A DNA stretch of 61,705 nucleotides, filler included, from Bdellovibrionota bacterium (lineage in GTDB: Bacteria > Bdellovibrionota > Bdellovibrionia > Bdellovibrionales > JAEYZS01): NCBI GenBank assembly GCA_963169515.1. It is 8 parts of 8 records of this genome, joined end to end, with 100 filler letters (N's around TTAATTAATTAA, not from the genome) between each part and the next. Parts side by side here need not be neighbours in the genome. Positions count along the whole stretch, not along the records: positions 1 to 12,770 come from CAUJEF010000011.1; 7 more parts are not named here. One strand, given 5' to 3'. The notes under the pieces are model-generated. The model saw only the letters and a list, made by a program, of their open reading frames with translations, was not told where the DNA came from and ran no database searches. How positions within the stretch are numbered: position 1 is the stretch's first letter; each line of letters begins with the position of its first letter. Of this stretch, positions 1 to 10,534 are shown in pieces. A program made the position numbers and the translations under genes.

Positions 1-661
1 TCGTATAATTTCCACCGCCGACAGGGACGTCACGTGAAAATACGACCTCGCCGTTATCAATGACTACAAAGTTTGTTGTGGCAGAGCCAATATCAAGCAC
101 TGCCACAACCTCACCTGGCAGCTCTCCGTAATTCGCAGTAAAACAATTCGCAAGCGCAAAGCCGCTGACGTCCAAAACGGTACATTGAACCCCGGATAGT
201 TCCACTGATTCAACATAGTTAAATATTAAATCCTTTCGAGCCGCAACAAGCAGTAAATCCATTGTTCCCTGTGGGGCCGCACGGCTCTTTAAAATATGAT
301 ATTCCAAATTAATTTCTTGGACATCGTATGGGATGTATTGTTCAGCTTCCCAGCGAATTTGTTCGCCCAACAAACTGAGCTCCATTGACGGAAGATTAAT
401 TTTCTTAACGATGACGGCATTTCCCCATATTCCAGTAGCAACCATATTTCTTTTGGTTTTAATGGTTTGATGCAAAGCCTGTATGACCTGGGAGATTTGC
501 GTATTGTCTAAAATTTCGCCCCCAGAAATCGCTGACGGTGGGGTTGGCGCAATGGCAAACGACACCAGCTTTGACTGGCGCTTTGAAACCTCAAGTTCTA
601 CCATTTTTATGGAACTTGAGCCAATATCAAGTCCGAGTAACTTTTTTCGTCCGAAAAACAT
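1..661 (-). CDS. pilM: Type IV pilus assembly protein PilM (actin-like), runs off the window edge
   Basis: Not in the ORF track. Manual translation from ATG at 661 gives MFFGRKKLLGLDIGSSSIKMVEL...IRWEAEQYIPYDVQEINLEY. It has the GLDIGSSSIK phosphate loop and the EAEQYIP motif, and lies directly downstream of pilD. Confidence 0.93.
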   Translation of the reverse strand, partial: MFFGRKKLLGLDIGSSSIKMVELEVSKRQSKLVSFAIAPTPPSAISGGEILDNTQISQVIQALHQTIKTKRNMVATGIWGNAVIVKKINLPSMELSLLGEQIRWEAEQYIPYDVQEINLEYHILKSRAAPQGTMDLLLVAARKDLIFNYVESVELSGVQCTVLDVSGFALANCFTANYGELPGEVVAVLDIGSATTNFVVIDNGEVVFSRDVPVGGGNYT

Positions 662-796
662 CCGTGTTCTTTCTGCCTATTGTCCCAATTTTAATTAAAT
701 CTTTAGGGACTCGTAGAGTCAAACCGATCAGATCATTTCATCTTAAATTTCAAGAAGTTAGAAGCGAAACAGGACCCAGGTCGAGGCCGATGCTTA

Positions 797-1582
797 CTAT
801 TCTAGCCACGGGAAAAATATTTTGAGGTACCACATGGTAATAGTATGGCCCGCAAAAATATAAATAAGCGCAGAAAGCGCCAGGTAGGGCCCAAACGGAA
901 TAACCGTTTGGAGTCCCTTTTTTTTCATATTAAAAAGCCCAACGCCACTTCCGACGATGCTTGCAAAAAGAATTATAAATGGAATAGCTCTCCAACCACA
1001 AACCGCTCCCATCCAGGCAAGAAGTTTAATATCCCCACCGCCCATGCCCTCTTGTTTTCGTAATATGTAATACACATAAGCAATCATCCACAAGAAACCG
1101 CCACCCAAAACAACACCCATAATTGCATCAAGTACCTCGCGTTCAGGATTAAGGGTCGCTCCAACAAGGCCAATAATTATTCCCGGCAAACTAATCTTGT
1201 CTGGAATAATAAAATGATCGATGTCGATAAAAGACACTATTACCAGACCCAAAATAAAAATAAGAAGCTCTGCTAAATAAAACTTCCATCCCACTGAATA
1301 GAAAGCCAGTGCAAATAGAACTCCGGTTAACAATTCAACAAGCGGGTAACGGATCGAAAAGCTCTGCCCACAGCTTCGACATTTCCCTTTGAGTATAAAC
1401 CAAGACAGGATGGGGATATTATCAAACCAGCGAATTGGGGTCTTGCATCCATTGCATCGACTTCGTGGAGCAACAACGCTAAGGCCTTGGGGAATTCGAA
1501 CAATGGCGACGTTTGCAAAACTTCCCCAGATTGATCCGAAGATAAAAAAGATACCCACCCATACCCACAACTGATCAAACAA
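797..1582 (-). CDS. pilD: Prepilin peptidase / N-methyltransferase
   Basis: GSFANV, two CxxC pairs (CNGC, CRSC), IDIDH and GMGGGDIKL aspartate motifs, IPFGPYL. Confidence 0.96.
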   Translation of the reverse strand: MFDQLWVWVGIFFIFGSIWGSFANVAIVRIPQGLSVVAPRSRCNGCKTPIRWFDNIPILSWFILKGKCRSCGQSFSIRYPLVELLTGVLFALAFYSVGWKFYLAELLIFILGLVIVSFIDIDHFIIPDKISLPGIIIGLVGATLNPEREVLDAIMGVVLGGGFLWMIAYVYYILRKQEGMGGGDIKLLAWMGAVCGWRAIPFIILFASIVGSGVGLFNMKKKGLQTVIPFGPYLALSALIYIFAGHTITMWYLKIFFPWLE

Positions 1583-2342
1583 AATCTTTTCTCCTAAATG
1601 TGAAATAGGACAAAGAGAAAAAAATCATGCACCAAAAAATACAATACAAAGATGCGTTCATGACATCGCCCATTGTAACTGGATAATTTTCTATCACATG
1701 ATTGCGCCAATTGAAGTTTTCCAAATTTGGAAGGAATGAAGGTAGAAATTCGCTCAGCTTTCTCATGGCTGTGCTTGAACTATCGACCATAAGGGCTTTG
1801 AAACCGTTCATCCAGTGTCCAATCAAAAATAAGCAAATAGAAACAGTTACGACAAGCGTTGGTCTTACCAAAACGCCCAGAAACAGTGTGATTGAGAGCA
1901 AAAGGATAGATTCCAAAATAATTCCAAACAATGCTTTATAAAACACAAGGTTTGTTTGCCATTCAATCACCTTAAATAAAAATACAAGCATGGCACCCAA
2001 CGCAGCTACGGTAATGAAGTTGATCACAAAAAGTCCTAAAAACTTGCCAATCAAAAATTGGCCACGGCTGATAGGTTTGCTTAAAAGATACAGGATTGTT
2101 TTTTTCTCTAGCTCGCGGAAAACCAACGTACTGCCTGCAAAAATAGAGAGTGCTACAACTGATAAATGAATCCCCGTCAGCCCAAAATCTACCGTCAATC
2201 GATGCTGCTCAGTCGCCGTAAGCTGAGCCAGTGCCATGCTAAACCCCAGCATGAAAATTCCAAACACGAAAAGGACATAAAACGTCTTGTCTCGAGTGAG
2301 CTCCTTAAATGTATTCAAAGCAACAAAATAAATTGATCTCAT
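1575..2342 (-). CDS. ABC-2 type transporter permease (PilI-like)
   Basis: About 6 hydrophobic segments and ELEKKTILYLLSKPISRGQFLIGKFLG motif; overlaps the ATPase gene and pilD. Confidence 0.85.
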   Translation of the reverse strand: MRSIYFVALNTFKELTRDKTFYVLFVFGIFMLGFSMALAQLTATEQHRLTVDFGLTGIHLSVVALSIFAGSTLVFRELEKKTILYLLSKPISRGQFLIGKFLGLFVINFITVAALGAMLVFLFKVIEWQTNLVFYKALFGIILESILLLSITLFLGVLVRPTLVVTVSICLFLIGHWMNGFKALMVDSSSTAMRKLSEFLPSFLPNLENFNWRNHVIENYPVTMGDVMNASLYCIFWCMIFFSLSYFTFRRKDFV

Positions 2343-3217
2343 TTTTGGGCCCCTACCAAATTCACAAACGCTTCTTCAAGGGATGGCTTTTTCTGATTTA
2401 CACCAACAATATTTTTCTTTTCTTGGCGAAGTCTATCTATTTCACGCTGTAGATCTTGAAGTTTTTCAAAAAAAAGTGTTTTGCGGACGCCTTCGTCCTC
2501 AAAAAACAAATTATATCCCGCTTGTATCGATTCTAAAAACTGACTTGTATTTCCTTCGTAAGCGGTTACTCCGTTTTTTAATATAACAATATTTTCACAT
2601 AAATTTTCAATATCATGGAGAAGATGGCTACTAAGAATAATCGTCATTCCTTTAGATCTAATGTATTCTAATGTTTCTTTGATTTTAGTTCGGCCTTGCG
2701 GATCTAGATCCGACATTGGCTCATCCAATATTAAAAGCTCTGGGCTGTGAATAATTGCCTGTGCAATACCAATGCGCTGGTACATACCCTTAGAGTATTC
2801 ACGTATATAGACCTTCCCCGCATCTCGTAAACCAACGATATCAAGCACTTCGGAAACACGCATTTGAGTTTGTTTTTTTGATTGCGCATTTACCAGTTGA
2901 GCAGAAAAATACAAAAATTCTTCACCAGTAAGATGATCATAAAAGTGTGGCTTTTCAGGCAAAAAACCAATTTTACTTTTTACCCGTGAAGAAAGAGGCT
3001 GTTCACCAAAAAAATGAATATCGCCGGAGTCTGGCGTAACCAATCCCAGCAGGCATTTGATTGTCGTAGATTTACCTGCCCCGTTAGATCCCAGGAATCC
3101 AGTCAAACTTTTTTCGGGTAACGTAAAAGAAACGCCCCTCAGTACTGCTTTCTTTTTTTGAAAAGCTCCGCGAGAATAAGATTTATTTAAATTTCGAATG
3201 CTCAATATTGATTTCAT
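2339..3217 (-). CDS. ABC transporter ATP-binding protein (PilH-like)
   Basis: Walker A GSNGAGKST, signature YSKGM, Walker B LLILDEP, H-loop SSH. Confidence 0.93.
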   Translation of the reverse strand: MKSILSIRNLNKSYSRGAFQKKKAVLRGVSFTLPEKSLTGFLGSNGAGKSTTIKCLLGLVTPDSGDIHFFGEQPLSSRVKSKIGFLPEKPHFYDHLTGEEFLYFSAQLVNAQSKKQTQMRVSEVLDIVGLRDAGKVYIREYSKGMYQRIGIAQAIIHSPELLILDEPMSDLDPQGRTKIKETLEYIRSKGMTIILSSHLLHDIENLCENIVILKNGVTAYEGNTSQFLESIQAGYNLFFEDEGVRKTLFFEKLQDLQREIDRLRQEKKNIVGVNQKKPSLEEAFVNLVGAQK

Positions 3218-3220
3218 ATT

Positions 3221-6200
3221 TTAAAGCGCTTCCACAGAAAATTTTTCGGTTCGCGCCTTGCGAATTGCAATCAATAACGCTTCGGCCGTATCGCTCTCTG
3301 TTACACATGGGATGGAATAATCAATGCAGCTTCGACGGATGTCAAAACTGTCCAGAATGGCTTTTCGACCAGACGTGGTATTGATCACAAAACTGACTTT
3401 GCCTGTGCGTATACGATCTACCGTATGCGGGCGCCCTTCATAAACTTTACGTACAATAACGCATGGAAGATCATGATCTCCTAAAAACTGAGCTGTGCCG
3501 CGAGTTGCAGATAACGTGTATCCCATTTGAATAAGCTCTTTTGCCATTTTCAACATTGGTTTTTTATCCTTGTCCCTTAGGGACAAGAATACCTCTCCTG
3601 ACATTGGGAGCCTCACATTACTTGCAACAAAAGCCTTTTGAAGGGCTTCGGCATAATCATCTCCACGCCCCATAGTTTCGCCCGTTGATTTCATTTCTGG
3701 ACCAAGAATGGAATCGGCTTCTGGAAATTTGTTAAAGGGGAATACGACGCCCTTTACACTCACTTTTTTGGCACTTTTCCAGTTATAAACTTTATCTGGG
3801 GCATTACCGAGCATTGCTTTTACAGCCAGATCCACAATTGGGATCGCAGTTGCTTTTGCAACAAAAGGAACTGACCGAGAACTTCTCGGATTAGCCTCAA
3901 GAACATAGATTTCATCGTCCTTCACTGCCAACTGCAGGTTAATATGACCAAGAACATTCATTTTCTCAGCTAGGGCTTTACTGACACTTTCAATTTTTTC
4001 ACAGGTTTCGTCTCGAAGTCGTTGCGGGGGAATTACCCCCATGCTGTCGCCGCTGTGAACCCCAGCCGCTTCAATGTGTTCGACCACTCCACCGACAATG
4101 GACCAGTTTTTGCCACAGACAAGATCCACATCCACCTCAAGCGCACTATCTAGGAATTCATCAATTTGTATTGGGCTTTTTTCACTGATAAAAGCGGCAT
4201 TACGCTTAAAATATCCTTCAAGGTCTTCATCAGATTCGACTACCTCCATTCTTAATCCGCCGATAACATAATTAGGGCGGCACAAAACAGGATAACCGAT
4301 CTCGTTCGCTACTCCATAGGCAGATTCAAGCGTAGTCGCCATCTTCGAAAGCGGAACCCTCAATTGCAGTTCACGACAAATTTGAGTAAATCGACCACGA
4401 TCTTCTGCAAGATCAATTGTATCCATCGATGAGCCTAAAATTTTATAACCTTCTTTAATCAATCCCTCACTGAGGCCGATTGAGGTTTGTCCACCCCATT
4501 GTGGACAAAAACCCTTTGGCTGAATGCGGTCTAAAACCTCAAGTACATATTCATGGGTTAACGGTTCAAAATAAAGTTCATTTGATGTGTCATAATCTGT
4601 GGATACAGTTTCAGGATTTGAGTTGATCATCGCAACGCGAAAGCCTTCTTTTTGAAATGCGCGTACGCCGCGCACACAACCGTAATCGAACTCAATGCCC
4701 TGACCAATTCGGTTTGGTCCACTGCCAATAACCGCAACTATGTTACTCGAAGGCCGCGTCTCAGGCACAGACCAATATGTTGAATAAAAATACGGGGTCT
4801 CTGATTGAAACTCGCCAGCGCACGTGTCTACCTGAAGAAATGACGGCCTGACGTTTAGTTTTTTTCGAAGAAGACGAACAGACGTCTCTTCGGTCCCACG
4901 TAAGTTTGCAATCTGAACATCAGAGAAACCATTCCGCTTAGCACTTCGCAACAGTGTTTCCGTTAAATCACTTGTTCGAATTTGGTCTTCCATTTGGACC
5001 AAATCATATATTTGCTCTAAGAACCAAAAATCAATGTGGCTCAGATCATATACTTCTTGAAGAGTTTTCCCCTCACGGAACGCTTGCGCAAGGTAAAATA
5101 TACGTTCCCCATTTGGATAGGCTATTTTTTGGTCAGAATACTTTACCTCTCTTAGCCCTGTTCCCCCCCGCTCAAGTGAGTGAATGGCCTTCATGAAAGA
5201 TTCCTTAAAAGTACGACCGATTGCCATAACTTCGCCGACGCTTTTCATTTGCGTATTTAAAACGTCCTTTGCACCTATAAATTTTTCGAAAGCAAATCGT
5301 GGTATTTTTGTAACGACATAATCCAATGCAGGCTCGTAAGAGCACGGGGTGCTCTTCGTAATGTCATTTTTAATTTCGTCAAGGCGGTAGCCAATTGCAA
5401 CAAGGGCTGCAATTTTTGCAATTGGAAATCCCGTTGCTTTACTTGCTAACGCCGAAGATCGACTCACGCGCGGATTCATTTCAATCACGACTCGTTCGCC
5501 TGTTTCAGGATGAACTGCAAACTGGACATTTGCCCCACCCGTTTCAATCCCAATTTTTTCGACGATCTTGCGGGCTTCATCACGCATATCTTGGTATTGC
5601 TTATCTGTTAGTGTTTGTTGCGGAGCGACCGTGATACTGTCGCCTGTATGAATTCCACACGGATCCAAATTTTCAATTGAACACACAATAACGAATGTGC
5701 CCGTTTTATCACGCATAACCTCAAGTTCGAATTCCTTCCAGCCTAAAATGCTCTGCTCAATCAACACTTCCGAAGTAGGGCTCTCGTTAAGACCATAAAG
5801 AAGCATGGCTTGAAATTCCTCAAGGGAATAGGCAATGCCCCCGCCGCTTCCGCCCAATGTGTAGTTCGGTCTAAGTATTATTGGAAACCCCAGATCGCTA
5901 GATTTTGCTACACCTTCTTCAAAGGCGCGAACCATGTAGCTTTTAGGAGCGCGGGCTCCCACTTCGCCTAGAATTTTTTTAAACTTTTCACGATCTTCGG
6001 CACGCTCTATAATTTCTGAGCTTGTACCGAGCATACGCACATTGTATTTGTCTAAAATCCCAGCCTTATGCAATTGCAATGAAATATTGAGTGCTGTCTG
6101 TCCACCAAGTGTCGGGATTAAGGAATCTGGGCGTTCCTTTTCAATGATTTTTTCTATAAACGGTAACTTGAGGGGTTCAATATACACACGCGTTGCAATT

Positions 6201-6376
6201 TCCGGATCCGTCATAATTGTGGCTGGGTTCGAATTCACAAGGATTACTTCCAGGCCTTCTTTCATCAAAGCTTTGCAAGCTTGGGTGCCAGAGTAGTCAA
6301 ACTCGCAAGCTTGCCCAATCACGATTGGTCCGCTGCCCAGAATCAAAACTTTTTTAATTGAAGGATCTTTTCCCAT
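3221..6376 (-). CDS. carB: Carbamoyl-phosphate synthase large subunit
   Basis: [18 protein letters not shown]-terminus, duplicated ATP-grasp halves ([10 protein letters not shown] / EANPRSSRS), C-terminal MGS domain. Confidence 0.99.
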   Translation of the reverse strand: MGKDPSIKKVLILGSGPIVIGQACEFDYSGTQACKALMKEGLEVILVNSNPATIMTDPEIATRVYIEPLKLPFIEKIIEKERPDSLIPTLGGQTALNISLQLHKAGILDKYNVRMLGTSSEIIERAEDREKFKKILGEVGARAPKSYMVRAFEEGVAKSSDLGFPIILRPNYTLGGSGGGIAYSLEEFQAMLLYGLNESPTSEVLIEQSILGWKEFELEVMRDKTGTFVIVCSIENLDPCGIHTGDSITVAPQQTLTDKQYQDMRDEARKIVEKIGIETGGANVQFAVHPETGERVVIEMNPRVSRSSALASKATGFPIAKIAALVAIGYRLDEIKNDITKSTPCSYEPALDYVVTKIPRFAFEKFIGAKDVLNTQMKSVGEVMAIGRTFKESFMKAIHSLERGGTGLREVKYSDQKIAYPNGERIFYLAQAFREGKTLQEVYDLSHIDFWFLEQIYDLVQMEDQIRTSDLTETLLRSAKRNGFSDVQIANLRGTEETSVRLLRKKLNVRPSFLQVDTCAGEFQSETPYFYSTYWSVPETRPSSNIVAVIGSGPNRIGQGIEFDYGCVRGVRAFQKEGFRVAMINSNPETVSTDYDTSNELYFEPLTHEYVLEVLDRIQPKGFCPQWGGQTSIGLSEGLIKEGYKILGSSMDTIDLAEDRGRFTQICRELQLRVPLSKMATTLESAYGVANEIGYPVLCRPNYVIGGLRMEVVESDEDLEGYFKRNAAFISEKSPIQIDEFLDSALEVDVDLVCGKNWSIVGGVVEHIEAAGVHSGDSMGVIPPQRLRDETCEKIESVSKALAEKMNVLGHINLQLAVKDDEIYVLEANPRSSRSVPFVAKATAIPIVDLAVKAMLGNAPDKVYNWKSAKKVSVKGVVFPFNKFPEADSILGPEMKSTGETMGRGDDYAEALQKAFVASNVRLPMSGEVFLSLRDKDKKPMLKMAKELIQMGYTLSATRGTAQFLGDHDLPCVIVRKVYEGRPHTVDRIRTGKVSFVINTTSGRKAILDSFDIRRSCIDYSIPCVTESDTAEALLIAIRKARTEKFSVEAL

Positions 6377-6408
6377 AGCTATACCTTAAATAGTTACACC
6401 TTTAACCG

Positions 6409-7056
6409 CTACACTTTAAATGTAGATTCATTCGAGTAAATGTGACCCACTCCAATGTGTTTGTATTGGTCCACTTTTGCGCGCATACGATTGAGTTTCA
6501 TAATCAAACTTTCCCGTTCATCGGAAGTTCCTTTTTTTAATTTTTTTGTTTCGCTAACGATAAACTTCTTTGCTTCTTGTGGGTGAAAACAAAAACCGCG
6601 TGTAAAAATAAACGATTCATTATATGGAATCAAGCGAACGTCAAAGCACTCGTCCTTGTTAAAACCAGCTGTGACATGTGAATTTTTTATGATATTCGTT
6701 TTTTTGGTAAACATATCCTTAATGTAGACATCGCTGCTCTTTGCTTTCACAAATTCAAATATCCCATGCTGAACATTCAAAAGATTATCGTAAAGCGGTC
6801 GCTCCGTTGGCGATACAGCAAGTTCACCACGCTGAACGACAGCCTGAATTGGAGTTATACCTTTGCCACCCAGTTTGCGCGTAAATAAATACCAATCTAA
6901 AAATTGACTCATCCGTAACTCGTAGAGCTCCGTATTTTCCTCGGTTGTTGGTATCATCTTTTCAAAAAACTCTAACTTCCCCTCAAGTACCTCTTGAGAG
7001 TATTTGTCTTGAGTATAGTGACTAATGATGCGTTCTAAAATTGGTTCGTAAATCAT
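6409..7056 (-). CDS. Hypothetical protein between carA and carB
   Basis: 215-aa ORF with a 4-bp overlap to the carA stop and soluble-protein composition; no motif recognised. Confidence 0.8.
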   Translation of the reverse strand: MIYEPILERIISHYTQDKYSQEVLEGKLEFFEKMIPTTEENTELYELRMSQFLDWYLFTRKLGGKGITPIQAVVQRGELAVSPTERPLYDNLLNVQHGIFEFVKAKSSDVYIKDMFTKKTNIIKNSHVTAGFNKDECFDVRLIPYNESFIFTRGFCFHPQEAKKFIVSETKKLKKGTSDERESLIMKLNRMRAKVDQYKHIGVGHIYSNESTFKV

Positions 7057-8120
7057 GTTAAACTCTTAAAAAAATAATCAAACAAAATTGTCGCTTCCCG
7101 TGGCCCCGGGCAATTTTCAGGGTGGTATTGAACGCTAAAACATTTCTTGGCCTTACATTGAATTCCCGCCACCGTATTATCATACAAATTTATATGGGTG
7201 ACTTCTACGTCTGGCGGAAGGCTTTTGGCATCGACTGCATACCCATGGTTTTGGCTGGTCATATAAATTTGACCTACAAGTTTATCGTCAACTGGATGAT
7301 TTGTCCCTCGGTGACCAAATCGAAGCTTGTACGTGTCTCCACCCAAAGCCAATGACAGAAGCTGATGCCCCATGCAAATTCCGAAGATCGGTTTCCATCC
7401 CAAAAGTTCTTTAATAGTGCCCACCGCAACCTTAACTTCTTTTGGATCGCCCGGCCCATTCGCCAAAATAACCCCATGAGGTTCAAACTCTCGAATCTCA
7501 CGCGAACTTGTTCGCGACGGAAAAATTCCAACCTTTGAGGCGCGCTTTACAGTTTCGCGAATGATATTTTCTTTACAACCGAAATCTAAAATTGCAATAC
7601 GGGGACCGGACGAATTGTCGCCGTCACGGTATTCAACGGCCTTTCTGGAAACAAGATAAGCCCAATCTAGCTCTACTTCCTTGTTTTTTGCTATTAGCTT
7701 GGCGGCAAGGACTTGGGCTTCTTCTGCAGACTCTGCTTGTACCAGCGCTCCCCACGGGGTCCCGGCAGAACGTAATTTCAACACTAACTTTCGAGTATCT
7801 ACCCGGTGAAGAATCGGAACTTCATGTTTTTGGAGAGTCTTAATCCAAGTGTTTTCGCGAGCTGTATTTTGAATTTCGAGTGCAATAAACCCATGTATGT
7901 GAATTTTTGAAGATTCCCAAACAGCCGCATCGACACCATAATTTCCCTGCATCGGTGCTGCCGCAACAATAATTTGTGAAAAGTAAGATGGATCTGTTGC
8001 CATCTCTTCATAGCCCGTGTGAGAGGTATTAAATACGACCTCACCAGCGCGGCCCTTTCCGCCCAGCCATTCGCCCTCAAAGAAGGCTCCATTTTCTAAA
8101 ACTAAAAAACCTTTATTCAT
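7053..8120 (-). CDS. carA: Carbamoyl-phosphate synthase small subunit
   Basis: GEVVFNT, NGPGDP, GICMGHQ (catalytic Cys), SQNHGY, QYHPE. Confidence 0.99.
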   Translation of the reverse strand: MNKGFLVLENGAFFEGEWLGGKGRAGEVVFNTSHTGYEEMATDPSYFSQIIVAAAPMQGNYGVDAAVWESSKIHIHGFIALEIQNTARENTWIKTLQKHEVPILHRVDTRKLVLKLRSAGTPWGALVQAESAEEAQVLAAKLIAKNKEVELDWAYLVSRKAVEYRDGDNSSGPRIAILDFGCKENIIRETVKRASKVGIFPSRTSSREIREFEPHGVILANGPGDPKEVKVAVGTIKELLGWKPIFGICMGHQLLSLALGGDTYKLRFGHRGTNHPVDDKLVGQIYMTSQNHGYAVDAKSLPPDVEVTHINLYDNTVAGIQCKAKKCFSVQYHPENCPGPREATILFDYFFKSLT

Positions 8121-8998
8121 TGTAGTTTTAAAATTTCCTTCAATAATACGGTTCTAACCTTAACGCCATTTGCAACCTGCTTCCATATTACACATCTCGG
8201 GTCATTCAAGACGTCATTCGTAATTTCAACTTCGCGGTTGAAAGGGGCTGGATGCATTATAATTGCATCTGATTTTATTTTCTTCAATATGTCACCATTA
8301 ACTTGATACTTTTTAATATCGAAATTTTGTATAACGGAATGACGCTCTTTCTGAACCCTTAAGGCCATAACCACTGTAGCCCATTTCACCCCATCTTCGA
8401 GGGTGTCAAAATACTCGAATTTGTATTTTTTCGACTGAGGAAGCCATTCTTTGGGACTGCAAAGCCCGATTTTTGCACCCAGCAGTGACAGAAGTCCAAA
8501 GTTAGACCAGGCAACACGGCTATGACTGACATCGCCAACAAAAAGCACCGTCTCCCCTTCAACCCGCCCACGCTCTTTTAAAATAGTGTAAACATCTAGC
8601 AATGCCTGCGTCGGATGCCCTGAAGATCCTTCCCCGGCATTGATTAGAGGGATTTGAATTACGCCTAAAATATCTTTCATGCTTTCAGGATACCCATGAC
8701 GAACCACCATTGCCGAAACGCCCATTGCTTGAACCGTTAACAGCGTGTCCAGAAATGTTTCTCCCTTTTTCAAGCTGCTATTTTCAAATGGAAAACTCAA
8801 CGGCTGGGCGCCGCAACGAATGGTCGCCATGGTAAAGCTCATTTGGGTTCGCGTACTGGGTTCAAAAAATAAGTGCGCCACAATATGGTGATTTGGTTTT
8901 ATATTTTCGTAAAAATTAAGCTGATCTACCTTTGAAAAAAAAGAGCCGATTCTTTGCGGACTAAGACCTTCAAAATTTAGAAAGTGCCGAAATGACAT
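8117..8998 (-). CDS. pyrB: Aspartate carbamoyltransferase catalytic subunit
   Basis: FFEPSTRT, KGET, HPTQALLD, RVQKER, MHPAP. Confidence 0.97.
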   Translation of the reverse strand: MSFRHFLNFEGLSPQRIGSFFSKVDQLNFYENIKPNHHIVAHLFFEPSTRTQMSFTMATIRCGAQPLSFPFENSSLKKGETFLDTLLTVQAMGVSAMVVRHGYPESMKDILGVIQIPLINAGEGSSGHPTQALLDVYTILKERGRVEGETVLFVGDVSHSRVAWSNFGLLSLLGAKIGLCSPKEWLPQSKKYKFEYFDTLEDGVKWATVVMALRVQKERHSVIQNFDIKKYQVNGDILKKIKSDAIIMHPAPFNREVEITNDVLNDPRCVIWKQVANGVKVRTVLLKEILKLQ

Positions 8999-9077
8999 TA
9001 AAACTTATGCTACTATTTTTTACTATGGAAAAGCAACCTCCATTTGCCTAAGACAAGTGGAAACCGATACTGATCAC

Positions 9078-9659
9078 TTACTTGATCGGTTTGAAAAATC
9101 TATCCCAGCGAATAGCATTTGTTTGTTGGTCCACAGAGAGCCAAACCCACTGTATTCGCCCTAATACTCGCTCTTTAGAGACTATGCTCCAATATTGCAA
9201 GTCGTCACTTTTTTCGGCGTTATCGCCAATCAAAAAAACAGAGTTCTGAGGCACTAAAAATGGCGGAATGCCTGCCTCCGAAGGCAAATTCATCCTAGGT
9301 TCGTCATTAATCAGCAACTTTCCATGAGAAATTTCAACCTTATCCCCAGGCAATCCCAATACCCGTTTGATAAAAAGAGACTCTTTATCAAGCTCATACC
9401 GATAAAGAACCACATCATTTCGACTGGGAAGGATCGCATTGCCTATCTTGCCTTCTGAAAACGGAAATTTAATTCCAAATGGGAGCGTATAGGCAAATAC
9501 AAAATCACCCTTAATAAGGGCGGGGCTCATGGAGTTCGTTGGTATCTTAAACGGCGAAATAACTGTCATACGGACGACGGCTGCGAGCAAAATAGCGATA
9601 AAAAAGTATTCCAGATAGGTTTTGAAAATAACTTTTCTTCTGCGGGTACGAACTCTCAT
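9078..9659 (-). CDS. lepB: Signal peptidase I, divergent paralog
   Basis: Single N-terminal TM segment, PTNSM (catalytic Ser), FIKRVLGLPGD (catalytic Lys), altered box E GDNAEKSDDLQ. Confidence 0.85.
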   Translation of the reverse strand: MRVRTRRRKVIFKTYLEYFFIAILLAAVVRMTVISPFKIPTNSMSPALIKGDFVFAYTLPFGIKFPFSEGKIGNAILPSRNDVVLYRYELDKESLFIKRVLGLPGDKVEISHGKLLINDEPRMNLPSEAGIPPFLVPQNSVFLIGDNAEKSDDLQYWSIVSKERVLGRIQWVWLSVDQQTNAIRWDRFFKPIK

Positions 9660-9661
9660 GC

Positions 9662-10399
9662 TTACGGCGCGTGCACTACGTGGAAAAACCGCTTCCAGCG
9701 AAGCTCGAGCGGATTACACAAAAATGTAAGCACTGGAAGCGTTTCGTCGCAGCTCAACCAAACAAACATCGCCCGCCCGATAATATTTTCTTCGGGCACG
9801 AATCCCCAGTAGCGACTGTCGCTTGAATTGTCACGATTATCGCCCATCACCAGCAGATTACCCTCTGGAACAGTGATGGGGCCGATGCTCATATGTGGCC
9901 AACCTTTACGCAAAAGTGTGCTGTGAGGGTAAGCACCTAAGTTCTCTTGAAAATACTCGTATTCTTCTTTGCCGCCAGATAATTCAAAATCCCGAACCCA
10001 ATTCAATGGCGTTTGAGATGGGGGCGGCACGGTCTCAATTTTTTTATCGTTGATAGTCAACACTCCATCTTCATACAAAATTTTATCACCGGGAACGCCG
10101 ATGACACGTTTAATGTAGAAAATGCTTTCGTCTTTTGGCCATTTAAAAACAATAATTTCACCACGCTCAGGTTCTTTAAATTTTTTAAGCCATATTTTTT
10201 TAAAAGGAACGCGTATCCCATAAACAAATTTGTTCACGAAAATATGATCGCGGATCAATAAGGTCGGTAGCATACTACCCGAAGGAATGACATAGGCTTC
10301 GATAAGTGCCCAACGAATAAAAAGAGCCACTCCGACGGCCAGAACAAGCGAACCAAATCCTTCTGTCCATGTGCCCTTTTTTGATTTTGCTTCAGCCAT
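9662..10399 (-). CDS. lepB: Signal peptidase I
   Basis: IPSGSMLPTL, YIKRVIGVPGD, MGDNRDNSSDSRYWG. Confidence 0.97.
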   Translation of the reverse strand: MAEAKSKKGTWTEGFGSLVLAVGVALFIRWALIEAYVIPSGSMLPTLLIRDHIFVNKFVYGIRVPFKKIWLKKFKEPERGEIIVFKWPKDESIFYIKRVIGVPGDKILYEDGVLTINDKKIETVPPPSQTPLNWVRDFELSGGKEEYEYFQENLGAYPHSTLLRKGWPHMSIGPITVPEGNLLVMGDNRDNSSDSRYWGFVPEENIIGRAMFVWLSCDETLPVLTFLCNPLELRWKRFFHVVHAP

Positions 10400-10534
10400 G
10401 ATGATGCCTCATTTGAAATAGCCAGCGCGGTATAAACACAGAATATCCCTAATTTTTTATCTTATTCAAATTAAATATCACTAATGTATAACCCCTCATT
10501 GGTGTTTGATTGTCTTTTATAGGACGTGTCACAT

